Source: Patescibacteria group bacterium | GTDB taxonomy: Bacteria; Patescibacteriota; Minisyncoccia; Phycocordibacterales; Phycocordibacteraceae | Direction: 5' to 3' | DNA length: 64,000 nt | NCBI GenBank assembly: GCA_019744845.1 | Contig: JAIETW010000001.1 | Span: 482,859-546,858 of the forward strand | Shown here: one piece after another, positions 1 through 8,609 of the stretch | Layout: each line of letters starts with the position of its first letter | Position numbering within the stretch: position 1 is the stretch's first letter | Made by a program: the position numbers and the translations under genes | The notes under the pieces: generated by a model | Databases searched by the model: none | What the model was told of the DNA's origin: nothing | Seen by the model: only the letters and a program-made list of their open reading frames with translations

Positions 1-38
1 TTTCCAGTGATTTCACATTCGCGTGCCATAGTCGCCGC

Positions 39-701
39 ATGCTAGCATGGCAGGAGCGTTTTATGCAAACCGACCTAGAAACCAGCATTTTCACCATAGT
101 AGTGCTTATTTTCTCCATCATCATCCATGAGGTGGCCCATGGATACGCGGCCAATTCCCTCGGAGACCCCACGGCCAAGCTCTCAGGCCGTCTCACGATG
201 AATCCGCTTCCGCATATAGACCCCATTGGGTCAGTGCTCCTCCCAGGACTCTTGGTGTTGACGAGTGCCGGAATGCTCTTCGGGTGGGCAAAGCCCGTGC
301 CATACAACCCGTACAACCTTAAGAACCGGCGCTGGGGCGAGGCGATCGTGGGAATCGCAGGCGTCGCCACCAACCTCCTTCTTGCGGTGCTTTTTGCACT
401 CCTCGCCAAGGTGGCCTACGCCTCAGGAGCGCCGGTCTTTGGGGACCTCTCTGCCATCATTGTGTATGTAAACCTCTTCTTGGGTCTCTTTAACCTCATT
501 CCGTTCCCCCCGCTTGATGGCTTTACCGTGTTACGTGGCGTACTTCCTGGGCGCTATGCCATGTCCCTCCGAAACCTTGAAGAGCGCTTCCTTGGCGGTG
601 GTATCTTCAGCCTCCTCCTATTCCTTATCGTCTTCTCCTACTTCTTCGTACAGCCTTTCGCGCAGTTTGTCCTCAGTGTCTTCCGATTCTTGATGTTCTA
701 A
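39..701 (+). CDS. Site-2 protease family (peptidase M50) membrane metalloprotease
   Basis: HEVAHG (HExxH) zinc motif in a TM helix. NLIPFPPLDG motif typical of S2P/M50. Multi-pass hydrophobic profile. Start codon uncertain (M at 39 or 63). Confidence 0.7.
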   Translation: MLAWQERFMQTDLETSIFTIVVLIFSIIIHEVAHGYAANSLGDPTAKLSGRLTMNPLPHIDPIGSVLLPGLLVLTSAGMLFGWAKPVPYNPYNLKNRRWGEAIVGIAGVATNLLLAVLFALLAKVAYASGAPVFGDLSAIIVYVNLFLGLFNLIPFPPLDGFTVLRGVLPGRYAMSLRNLEERFLGGGIFSLLLFLIVFSYFFVQPFAQFVLSVFRFLMF

Positions 702-740
702 GGTCTATACTGAGTGGGTATTAGTCACTAATTACCCAAC

Positions 741-1130
741 ATGGAACTCACGGTGTTTCTCGCTAAAGTGTTCGGTCTCTACATGCTCATCGCGGGCATT
801 GCAGTCCTCTTTAACCGCCGCCACATCATGGCCGGAGTCATGGCAATCGCTAAAGAGCGGTTTGCCCAGATCATTGCAGGAACTGTCGCCCTCTTCTTCG
901 GTCTTATCCTCGTGAATCTTCACAACGATTGGTCCACACTTCCTGCAAGCTTGGTCTCTCTCGTCGGTTGGTTTGGGGTCGCGAAGGGCGTGTTCTATCT
1001 CTTCCTTCCAGAAGGGAAGATCACGAAGCTCATGCACATGCTTACGGACCGTAACTGGTACACCGTTGATGGTGTCGTCGCGATTGTCATCGGTGTGTAC
1101 CTCGCCGGCTTCGGCTACGGCTGGTTCTAA
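741..1130 (+). CDS. Hypothetical small integral membrane protein
   Basis: 129-aa ORF with 3-4 hydrophobic segments on the same strand as its neighbours. No recognisable motif. Confidence 0.4.
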   Translation: MELTVFLAKVFGLYMLIAGIAVLFNRRHIMAGVMAIAKERFAQIIAGTVALFFGLILVNLHNDWSTLPASLVSLVGWFGVAKGVFYLFLPEGKITKLMHMLTDRNWYTVDGVVAIVIGVYLAGFGYGWF

Positions 1131-1190
1131 GTTCACAGCCCACACCTCTCCTCATCTATGAGGAGTAAATAAGCGCTATACTGAAGGAGC

Positions 1191-2189
1191 ATGAAGCTCC
1201 TTCAGTCGTTTCTGGCGCTCTTTCTTTTGGTGGCACTCGTGGTGCCTGCCTCGCTTTTTGCGCAAGGATTCAGCGCTGGGGGAGTAGAGCCACTCACGGT
1301 CACTCTCAACCCACAATATCCCCGCCCTTTTGATACGGTCACGATCACTCCTCGTAGCAACCTCATAGATCTTGCGGCAGCACGTGTCGTTGTTTCGGTA
1401 AACGGAGAAATTATTGAAGACGGAAGTGGTTCTCGTTCCGTACAAACGCGCGTTGGCGCCGCAGGAACCCGCTCCGTGATTCGCGTCACGGCAACTGAAG
1501 CTTCCGGTCAGGTCTACGCCAAAGAAATGGTAGTCACTCCTGCAGATGTCGCGCTCATTATTGACGCCGCATCTACCGCGCATCCATTTTATGAAGGTGC
1601 CCGATTGGTTGCGCCGGAAGGACGCGTGCGTGTGATCGCTATTCCCGACCTTCGCACCTCTGCGGGCGCCACTATCCCTCCACAAAGTCTCGTCTACACC
1701 TGGAAGAACGGTGATCGCGTGCTGCTTGAGCACTCGGGCATTGGACGCTCTGTGCTTGATGCGACCGCGCCAGTCCGTCACCGTGACGCAAAAATTACCG
1801 TGACGGTTTCCACTCAAGACAAGGCAGTTTCTGCCAGCGCGGTGACCACCGTCTCTCCGGTGGATCCATTCGTCCGCGTTTACACGTCGTCTCCGCTCCT
1901 TGGCCCGTCATTTGAAAATGCATTGAGTCAGTCCGTCACTATGGAAGGGGACGAGGACACCTTCCGTGCCGTGCCGTACTTCTTCCGCACTACTCCTGAG
2001 ATGGCCTGGAGCGTGAACGGAGTTGCGGGAGAAAAGGACGACACTCTTACCGTTCGCATCACCGAGCCAGGTCGTGGCACCGCACGCATTGAAGTGTCTG
2101 CACTTGGTGGTGGAGTCTTCCAGAATGCACAGGCGTTCTTCACCTTGAGCTTCGGCTCTGACGGAGGAACAGGTATATTTGGACTATGA
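1191..2189 (+). CDS. Hypothetical secreted protein (signal peptide)
   Basis: N-terminal MKLLQSFLALFLLVALVVPASLFAQG signal peptide. 332 aa. Overlaps the next gene by 4 nt (operon). Confidence 0.5.
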   Translation: MKLLQSFLALFLLVALVVPASLFAQGFSAGGVEPLTVTLNPQYPRPFDTVTITPRSNLIDLAAARVVVSVNGEIIEDGSGSRSVQTRVGAAGTRSVIRVTATEASGQVYAKEMVVTPADVALIIDAASTAHPFYEGARLVAPEGRVRVIAIPDLRTSAGATIPPQSLVYTWKNGDRVLLEHSGIGRSVLDATAPVRHRDAKITVTVSTQDKAVSASAVTTVSPVDPFVRVYTSSPLLGPSFENALSQSVTMEGDEDTFRAVPYFFRTTPEMAWSVNGVAGEKDDTLTVRITEPGRGTARIEVSALGGGVFQNAQAFFTLSFGSDGGTGIFGL

Positions 2190-3061
2190 TCTTCTCTCGC
2201 TCCACACTTCTCGTGATACTCGCAGCGACTGCTGCAATCGTTCTTCCGCAGGCCGTACTTGCTGCGGAAGGGTTCACTCCACTTACGCAGATTCCGGGCA
2301 TTGAAAACATTGCGTCGTCCTCTGGTCTTCCTGAGTTTTTGAATAACATCTATCAGCTCTGTATTGGTGCGGCTGCGGTGCTTGCCGTGCTTCAGATCAT
2401 GCGTGGTGGCGTCATCTACATGATGGGTGACAGTATTACTGAAAAGAAAGAGGCGAAGGATTTGATTGTCATGTCTATCGTCGGGCTTCTCTTGGTGCTT
2501 TCTCCTGCCATTGTCTTCGGTATTATTGATCCTCGTATTTTGAACTTGAATGTGGGCTTTGATCGGTTGAATCCAGGACAGGTGGGGTCAGGCAACGGCC
2601 AACAGGGCGCTGAATCTGGCACCGAGGGAGGGGAAGAGGGCGAACCCGCAGATGGAGACGATGAGCCTGCTGCACCAGAAGGCGACGATGAAGAGTGTGA
2701 TCCTGAGACCGAAGAAGAAGTTTTCAACTCTAACGGCACCACCACCTGTGAACCTCTCTCAGAAGTAACTGAGAGTGGGGTGGGTGTTCCTCAGCCAGTA
2801 CAGTTCCGTGTAAGTGCAGCGGAGGGAGGCAAGCGATATATAAAAGCCACATATGTATCCGGAACTCCTGCCGGAGCCTCCGAGCCGTGTAACTTGATTG
2901 AGTTTCAACAGGACTACTACAGCCTAAGTCAGTGTCCTGCGACCACCCCGTCGCCATACCGCGAGATTCTCGGATGCCAAGAAGTGACCGGATTGCCGAA
3001 AACAATTTCTGCAACCGTGCCGGGTCCTCGCTGCAACCAGCCACAATTTAACGTCCAATAG
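2186..3061 (+). CDS. Hypothetical exported membrane protein: signal peptide, two TM helices, acidic Gly/Cys-rich C-terminal tail
   Basis: Signal peptide MIFSRSTLLVILAATAAIVLPQAVLAAEG. Two hydrophobic helices (IYQLCIGAAAVLAVLQIM and LIVMSIVGLLLVLSPAIVFGII) separated by an RGG loop. The tail is E/D/G-rich and carries 6 Cys. Confidence 0.5.
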   Translation: MIFSRSTLLVILAATAAIVLPQAVLAAEGFTPLTQIPGIENIASSSGLPEFLNNIYQLCIGAAAVLAVLQIMRGGVIYMMGDSITEKKEAKDLIVMSIVGLLLVLSPAIVFGIIDPRILNLNVGFDRLNPGQVGSGNGQQGAESGTEGGEEGEPADGDDEPAAPEGDDEECDPETEEEVFNSNGTTTCEPLSEVTESGVGVPQPVQFRVSAAEGGKRYIKATYVSGTPAGASEPCNLIEFQQDYYSLSQCPATTPSPYREILGCQEVTGLPKTISATVPGPRCNQPQFNVQ

Positions 3062-3063
3062 TT

Positions 3064-4314
3064 ATGTCTGCCAACACTCGTCGCATCCTCATCATCGCTG
3101 TCGCTGTCGCTGTGGTGATTGCAGTGCTTGGCATTATCTGGGCATTCTTTTTCCGTAGTGGTCCTGATCTTCAAGTGGGTGGGGGAGATCCGTTTGGTAA
3201 TGCAGGATCAGGCGATACGACCGGTGGTGATGTGCCCGGAGTACTAGATTCCGGTATTAACTACTCTAGTGATGCGGGGACACTCGTCGCACCACGCTTG
3301 GTGCGCATTACCGACGCGCCAGTCGCATACGGATCGGTTGCCATGTATATCCCGGAAGTGCCTGCAGCGACCACGACTGACGGAAGTGTTACTCCTGCAA
3401 TACCGCCAGACGTAGAGATTCGTTTCGTAGAACGCCAGAGCGGTAACGTCTATGCGTATCGTGCCTATGCCCGATCTCTTACCCGTCTTTCTAATCAGAC
3501 TGTGCCAGGAGTACACGAAGCGGTGTGGCTTTCAGATGGCTCACTCGCGTATCTCCGCTTTTTGACTTCAACCACTGGTACGGAAATACTCCAAACATAC
3601 GCATTGCCTGCCAACGGTGATGGTGGGTACTACCTAGAGCAGGGAATTGCCGACCTTGCCGCAACCAGCAGCAGATCCGTGATGTCGCTTGTCACAAGCT
3701 CGAGTGGGTCGGTCGCCACTGCCGCAAACGCAGACGGTACTGAGCCGCGCACCGCATTCTCTTCGGCTATCACTGATCTGGCAATTGCATTCTTTGGGCG
3801 CGGATATCTTGCCACCACTCGTGGTTCCGCAAGTTTGGATGGCTATTCCTTCTTTGTATCTGAGGGCGGGACGACGTGGAGTCGTATTGCAGGACCGCTG
3901 CGCGGACTCTCTGCGATTGGAAGCCCTGATGGCACCACCGCACTTATTTCATACGTAGACCGCGGTACGCTTACGACTCGTCTAGTAGACATGCAGACAC
4001 GTCTCGTGACCCCGCTTCCGATTGCAACCCTTACAGAAAAGTGTGCGTTCTCTGCCGACAGCACTGCGCTCTATTGTTCGGTGCCGACCAATACTGTAGG
4101 CACGCTCCCCGACGCCTGGTACCAGGGCACAGTCAGTTTTGCAGATCGTATTTGGAAGGTAGACCTTGCGTCTCGTGTGACATTCATGCTGCTTGACCCC
4201 ACAGAAGTCGCAGAGATACAGCTCGATGGGGTCTCGCTTGCGGTAGATCCTACCGATGACATTCTTACGTTCACAAACCGGACGGACGGTTCTCTCTGGG
4301 CCTACGATCTTTAA
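3064..4314 (+). CDS. Hypothetical membrane-anchored extracellular protein
   Basis: N-terminal TM anchor ILIIAVAVAVVIAVLGIIWAFFF followed by a 390-aa Thr/Ser/Gly-rich domain. Third gene of a secreted-protein operon. Confidence 0.5.
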   Translation: MSANTRRILIIAVAVAVVIAVLGIIWAFFFRSGPDLQVGGGDPFGNAGSGDTTGGDVPGVLDSGINYSSDAGTLVAPRLVRITDAPVAYGSVAMYIPEVPAATTTDGSVTPAIPPDVEIRFVERQSGNVYAYRAYARSLTRLSNQTVPGVHEAVWLSDGSLAYLRFLTSTTGTEILQTYALPANGDGGYYLEQGIADLAATSSRSVMSLVTSSSGSVATAANADGTEPRTAFSSAITDLAIAFFGRGYLATTRGSASLDGYSFFVSEGGTTWSRIAGPLRGLSAIGSPDGTTALISYVDRGTLTTRLVDMQTRLVTPLPIATLTEKCAFSADSTALYCSVPTNTVGTLPDAWYQGTVSFADRIWKVDLASRVTFMLLDPTEVAEIQLDGVSLAVDPTDDILTFTNRTDGSLWAYDL

Positions 4315-5054
4315 TCAGCGACTGGTTCTACCGGTGCGTTTCTAATTTTGCGTGAGATAAGAAGCTCCTGAAGAAGGGTGAAGAGGTTGCTGGTAATAAA
4401 GTAGAGGGCGATTGCGCCTGAGGTGAAGGCGACAAATCCAATGATGAGAGGGAGCATGAAGCGCATCTGGAGTGCCATCGCACGTCCAAACTCTTCTTGC
4501 ATGGTAGCGGGGGCAGAGCCTGTTGGCTTTGGAGGCACTGGAATCGCCACGTACGCGTGTGCGAACTGGGTAATGGCGGCAATGATGGCGAGGGTGATGC
4601 TTGCGCCTGCAACCGGGAGAAGGCCAAGGAACATGGTGGAGATCACTTCAGGTACTGGCACGAATGAGTAGAGGAGCGGAACGGCAACTTGGGAGAGGGA
4701 TTCGTTCTGGAACACCCAGAAGAGGGCAATGAGGACCGGGATCTGTATCAAAATAGCGAGAATGCTCGCAAAGGGCTTTACGTTGTGCTTCTTATAGAGC
4801 GCAAACATCTCACGAGCCTGTGTTTCTTTATCGTCCTTGTACTTCTCGCGCAGCTCCTTGAACTCAGGCTCAATAGCCTTCATTGCCTTCTGGGTGCGGA
4901 TAGCCGCGACCGTAAGGGGTAGGGTAACGACCTTCACCACTAGGGTGACGGCGACCACCGCAAGACCTGCGTCTCCTCCAGGAAGTACTCCCGTGAGATA
5001 CACGAGGAGGTTATATATAGGTACGTACAGAACGTCGTGGAAGAAGCCGATCAT
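4311..5054 (-). CDS. yidC: Membrane protein insertase YidC (short form)
   Basis: 247 aa. Conserved YidC/Oxa1 core LPLTVAAIRTQKAMKAIEPEFKELREKY...VKPFASILAILIQIPVLIALFWV. Position downstream of rnpA is canonical. Confidence 0.8.
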   Translation of the reverse strand: MIGFFHDVLYVPIYNLLVYLTGVLPGGDAGLAVVAVTLVVKVVTLPLTVAAIRTQKAMKAIEPEFKELREKYKDDKETQAREMFALYKKHNVKPFASILAILIQIPVLIALFWVFQNESLSQVAVPLLYSFVPVPEVISTMFLGLLPVAGASITLAIIAAITQFAHAYVAIPVPPKPTGSAPATMQEEFGRAMALQMRFMLPLIIGFVAFTSGAIALYFITSNLFTLLQELLISRKIRNAPVEPVAD

Positions 5055-5066
5055 TGTGAGTGGATT

Positions 5067-5384
5067 CTACGTGTGAAGTGCCCTTGTTAGCAAGGAGGAC
5101 AGCTCGTGGGATAAGTCTTTAAAGGACAAAGAAGAGGTGCCAGTGCGAGCATAGACGACGAGCGCGAAGTCCGGGGAGCACCAGGGCTTCATGACCGATA
5201 GGATCCGGCGCTTCAAAAGGTGCCTAGATACCGAGAGTCTAGCGACTTTCTTAGGGACAACAACAGCACAGCCCCCGTGCCCTGGGGCGGCGGGGGCCAG
5301 CGTAAGAGAGAAATGCGTACTCGCAGCACGGGCCCCGGCAGTAGGGAAGGTCCTACGGGTGAGGCGCATGCGGCGTGGCAGCAT
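5067..5384 (-). CDS. rnpA: Ribonuclease P protein component
   Basis: Basic ~105-aa protein with a KKVARLSVSRHLLKRR motif resembling the RnpA RNR-like basic motif. Sits in the canonical rpmH-rnpA-yidC order. Confidence 0.6.
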   Translation of the reverse strand: MLPRRMRLTRRTFPTAGARAASTHFSLTLAPAAPGHGGCAVVVPKKVARLSVSRHLLKRRILSVMKPWCSPDFALVVYARTGTSSLSFKDLSHELSSLLTRALHT

Positions 5385-5387
5385 GTC

Positions 5388-5540
5388 CTACTTCTTTGGC
5401 TTAGAAACGGTAAGGGACGCGCGTCCTTTACGGCGGCGGGCAGCGATTACACGCTTACCTCCCACTGTTGAAGCGCGGGCACGGAAGCCGTGCGTCTTTG
5501 CGCGCTTCCTCTTTTTTGGCTGATAGGTTCGCTTTGGCAT
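5388..5540 (-). CDS. rpmH: 50S ribosomal protein L34
   Basis: Manual minus-strand translation gives [50 protein letters not shown]. This is the highly conserved L34 sequence. The gene is below the ORF-track size cutoff. Confidence 0.85.
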   Translation of the reverse strand: MPKRTYQPKKRKRAKTHGFRARASTVGGKRVIAARRRKGRASLTVSKPKK

Positions 5541-5639
5541 GATTTCGTGTCGTCGTTAGATGTCCACAGGATACTAACAGTTTCCCCACTGCGAGGCAAG
5601 AATTGGCAGGGGGTGGAATGCGCGTATACTACACCAACT

Positions 5640-6986
5640 ATGAATAAGTACGACTCTCGTGAACTTTGGGAACATGTGCTCTCGCAGGTCGAACTTTCAA
5701 TCTCTCCCGCAAACTTCAATACATGGTTTCGTGAAAGCTCTATCGTAAAGATTGAGGACGGGATTGTGTACATTGGTGTGCCAAGTCAGTTCTTCCGAGA
5801 CTGGTACCTAAAGAAATTCCACCCACTTCTCCTCAAGATCATCCGTGGTGTCTCCTACGAGTTCCGCAATATTGAGTACATGATCGTGAAAGACGCGTCT
5901 CGCAAGCCTCGTACCGAGCGCAGACGCGAGCCAAGCATGGAAATGCCTCTTGATGAGTTCTATATCAACAAGAGCGACAATCTCAACCCTAAATATACGT
6001 TTGATACGTTTGTCGTAGGTTCTTTTAACGAGCTTGCCTACGCTGCTGCTCAAGCAATTCTTGCCCGGCCCGGCATCACCTACAACCCACTCTTCATTTA
6101 TGGAGACACCGGAAGAGGGAAGACCCACTTGATCCAGGCAATTGGTAACCAGTTCAAGAAACTGTATCCAAATCGCAAGGTGTTTTATTTGACCTCCGAG
6201 CGTTTCTCTGTGGATTACACCGATTCTATTGGAAGCGGGTCTGCGAATCGCTTCAAAGAGAAGTATCGTCAGTATGATTTGCTCATCATGGACGATGTGC
6301 AGTTCCTTGCGAAGAAAGAAAAGACCCAGGAAGAGCTTTTCCACCTTTTTAACTCGCTCCACGACAACAACAAGCAGATTATCTTCTCCTCAGACCGTTC
6401 TCCGCAGTCTATTCCTGACATCGCAGATCGCGTGCGCGGCCGCTTGTCCTCTGGAATGACGGTGGATATCGGGGAACCAGATACAGAGAGCCGTATGTCC
6501 ATTGTGCGCCGTAAGGCAGCCGCTAACGGGGTCACTCTAGGGGAGGATGTTATTGAATATGTGGCCACTTCAGTCTCTGGGTCTATCCGTGAGCTTGAAG
6601 GAGTCATAAATAGCGTGGTCTGTCACACCCAGGTGAAGGGCGTTCCTCCAGATCTTGCTGAGGTTCGCCAGTCCCTACGCGCCTTTTCACGGCCTACTAA
6701 GACAGTTTCTGTGAAGCATGTGGTCTCTAAGGTGGCTGAGTTCTACGGCATAGATGAAGAAAGCATCTATGAGAAGACTCGCCGTAGGGAAGTGGTACGT
6801 CCGCGCCAGGTAATCATGTATTTGCTCCGTGAGGACTTCTCGGTGTCCTACCCCACCATTGGTTCTAAGCTTGGGGGTCGTGATCACACCACCGTGATTC
6901 ACTCATGTGAGAAGGTGAAGCGTGAAATTGTGGATGATGCAGATCTTGCAAAAGAGATTCAGGACATTCGTGGATTGTTGGTATAG
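5640..6986 (+). CDS. dnaA: Chromosomal replication initiator DnaA
   Basis: Walker A GDTGRGKTHL. AAA+ sensor motifs. C-terminal domain IV (VRPRQVIMYLLRE...GGRDHTTVIHSCEKV). Likely start at MNKYDSRELWEHVL (ATG 5640) rather than the longer ORF-track start. Confidence 0.95.
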   Translation: MNKYDSRELWEHVLSQVELSISPANFNTWFRESSIVKIEDGIVYIGVPSQFFRDWYLKKFHPLLLKIIRGVSYEFRNIEYMIVKDASRKPRTERRREPSMEMPLDEFYINKSDNLNPKYTFDTFVVGSFNELAYAAAQAILARPGITYNPLFIYGDTGRGKTHLIQAIGNQFKKLYPNRKVFYLTSERFSVDYTDSIGSGSANRFKEKYRQYDLLIMDDVQFLAKKEKTQEELFHLFNSLHDNNKQIIFSSDRSPQSIPDIADRVRGRLSSGMTVDIGEPDTESRMSIVRRKAAANGVTLGEDVIEYVATSVSGSIRELEGVINSVVCHTQVKGVPPDLAEVRQSLRAFSRPTKTVSVKHVVSKVAEFYGIDEESIYEKTRRREVVRPRQVIMYLLREDFSVSYPTIGSKLGGRDHTTVIHSCEKVKREIVDDADLAKEIQDIRGLLV

Positions 6987-7230
6987 TTGTTGATAAGGGT
7001 ATGGAAAAGTCACAGATAGTCATGTGGGTAAAGAACGGACAACCTCGGGTTCGTAGTGTACGAAGAAAAAACTCCCGCGTGATATCCGCATGTCGTGGCA
7101 CGTTCTCCACAGCTTCTCAGTTCATCACGTGCCAGAACACGTCGTACTTGCTTCGTGATTTTCGTTTTCCACGTATCGACAAGACTAATAAGTAATTATG
7201 ATTATTAATTTAAATAAAAAAGAATTCAGA
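6987..7230. promoter_or_regulatory. Candidate oriC (DnaA-box cluster plus AT-rich unwinding element) between dnaA and dnaN
   Basis: DnaA-box-like 9-mers TGTGGGTAA (7023-7031, 8/9 to TGTGGATAA), TTCTCCACA (7103-7111, 8/9 to TTATCCACA) and TTTTCCACG (7165-7173, 7/9). A ~50-bp stretch of >80% AT (7177-7230) runs into the dnaN start. Confidence 0.45.
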
Positions 7231-8298
7231 GATGTGGTGGGGATTGTATCTCGCTTTGCAGATAAGAGATCGTCGACACTTCCAACTCTTTCCGGTATCG
7301 CACTCATTGCAGGAGATGATGGGATTAAAGTTCGCGCCACTAATCTTGAGACGGGAGTCGATATGTTTGTAGAGGGAACGATTAAAACTCCTGGCGCGAT
7401 TGTCATTCCTTCTTCAGTCCTTCGTGATATCTCTTCTTCCTTCTCTGATTCAGGTCAGGTGACTATTGAACACTCTGGAGATACGGCGATTATTACAGCC
7501 GGAACCGCAAAGAGTACAGTGAAGACGCTTCCGTTTGATGATTTTCCTTCTCTACCACTTCCAGAGAACCCTAAAACCACTTTCCGTATTCCAGGAGCCT
7601 CTCTCGTATCCTTGATCAATACTGTTGCGTCTTGCGCATCTACTTCTACTATTCGTCCTGAACTTGCCGCAGTTCTTCTTTCTTCCGAGGGAGGGCATGT
7701 GAAGGCGGTTGCTACCGACTCATTCCGTCTTGCTGAGAAGAAGATTTCTATTAAAGAGAAGATGAATAACTTCTCTATCCTTATTCCTGCACGTAATGCG
7801 CTAGATCTTGCACAGACCATTCCTGATACGGATGTAGAGGTACGTGTAGATGAACACCAGTGTGCCGTCGTGTGGGGTAAGAACACCCTCACCACACGCC
7901 TTGTAGCAGCTGCATACCCTGATTACACGCAGATCATTCCTAAGTCCTTCACCTCAGAGGCTACGGTGCTTCGTAAGGACTTTGAGGGGGCCTTGAAGCG
8001 CACTGCAGTGTTCTCCGACTCCTTCCAGAAAGTGCGCCTTGGGTTTGATGTGAAGGGGAAGAAGCTTGCCCTTTCTGCACACAATGCAGACGTGGGAGAG
8101 GCGGTAGAGCCACTTGCGTCCTCTCTTACTGGGGATTCTCTAGAACTATCCTTTAACTTCCGCTACCTTCAGACCCCCCTTCCTTTGTTTACCTCAGAGA
8201 GTATTACGCTATCTGCAGGAGGAATTGGGCGCCCGCTCGTCATTAAGGGTGTAGGGGATCAGTCGTTCTTGTATCTGGTGATGCCAATGAATCAGTAG
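7198..8298 (+). CDS. dnaN: DNA polymerase III beta subunit (sliding clamp)
   Basis: 366 aa immediately downstream of dnaA. Three-domain clamp-like profile. The gene order is canonical. Confidence 0.9.
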   Translation: MIINLNKKEFRDVVGIVSRFADKRSSTLPTLSGIALIAGDDGIKVRATNLETGVDMFVEGTIKTPGAIVIPSSVLRDISSSFSDSGQVTIEHSGDTAIITAGTAKSTVKTLPFDDFPSLPLPENPKTTFRIPGASLVSLINTVASCASTSTIRPELAAVLLSSEGGHVKAVATDSFRLAEKKISIKEKMNNFSILIPARNALDLAQTIPDTDVEVRVDEHQCAVVWGKNTLTTRLVAAAYPDYTQIIPKSFTSEATVLRKDFEGALKRTAVFSDSFQKVRLGFDVKGKKLALSAHNADVGEAVEPLASSLTGDSLELSFNFRYLQTPLPLFTSESITLSAGGIGRPLVIKGVGDQSFLYLVMPMNQ

Positions 8299-8609
8299 TA
8301 TCTCCTTGGCTATTTGTCGTATCAAATTTGACAAAACACTACCCCCAACGCTAATACAGAACGTAGCCACAGAGTAGGAAGTCTGCGGTACAGTATAAGG
8401 AGATGGTCTTGTGAACTCTGGAGATGGCAATACGTCCAATGGGTTGTATTTCCTACCCTGCGAGGGTTAGTCAGATTAACTGGCGGCTTATACGTAGAGA
8501 TTCCTCCACCTCCAGAGTTCAATAGGCCATCTTTTTCCAACATAGCACGTACCGTGCTTAAAAAAGACGTTGTGGATAGTATTCCACAACACACTTCGGA
8601 GCACCTTGT

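Noticed and set aside
5191-5523. 110-aa plus-strand ORF (and 5220..5471) in the rnpA-rpmH region
   Set aside because: They are antisense to the manually identified rpmH (L34, the perfect conserved sequence [22 protein letters not shown]...) and to rnpA. Arg/Ala-rich low-complexity translations are typical of a GC-rich antisense frame.
8299-8609. RNase P RNA, tmRNA or SRP RNA in the dnaN/PBP1A gap
   Set aside because: Isolated resemblances (ACAGAAC, GGAAGTCTGCGG) occur in the wrong order for RNase P RNA. No tRNA-like 3' end for tmRNA and no GGAAGGAAGCAGCC-type SRP domain IV motif were found. The gap is too short for type-A RNase P RNA. Left as an unexplained gap.
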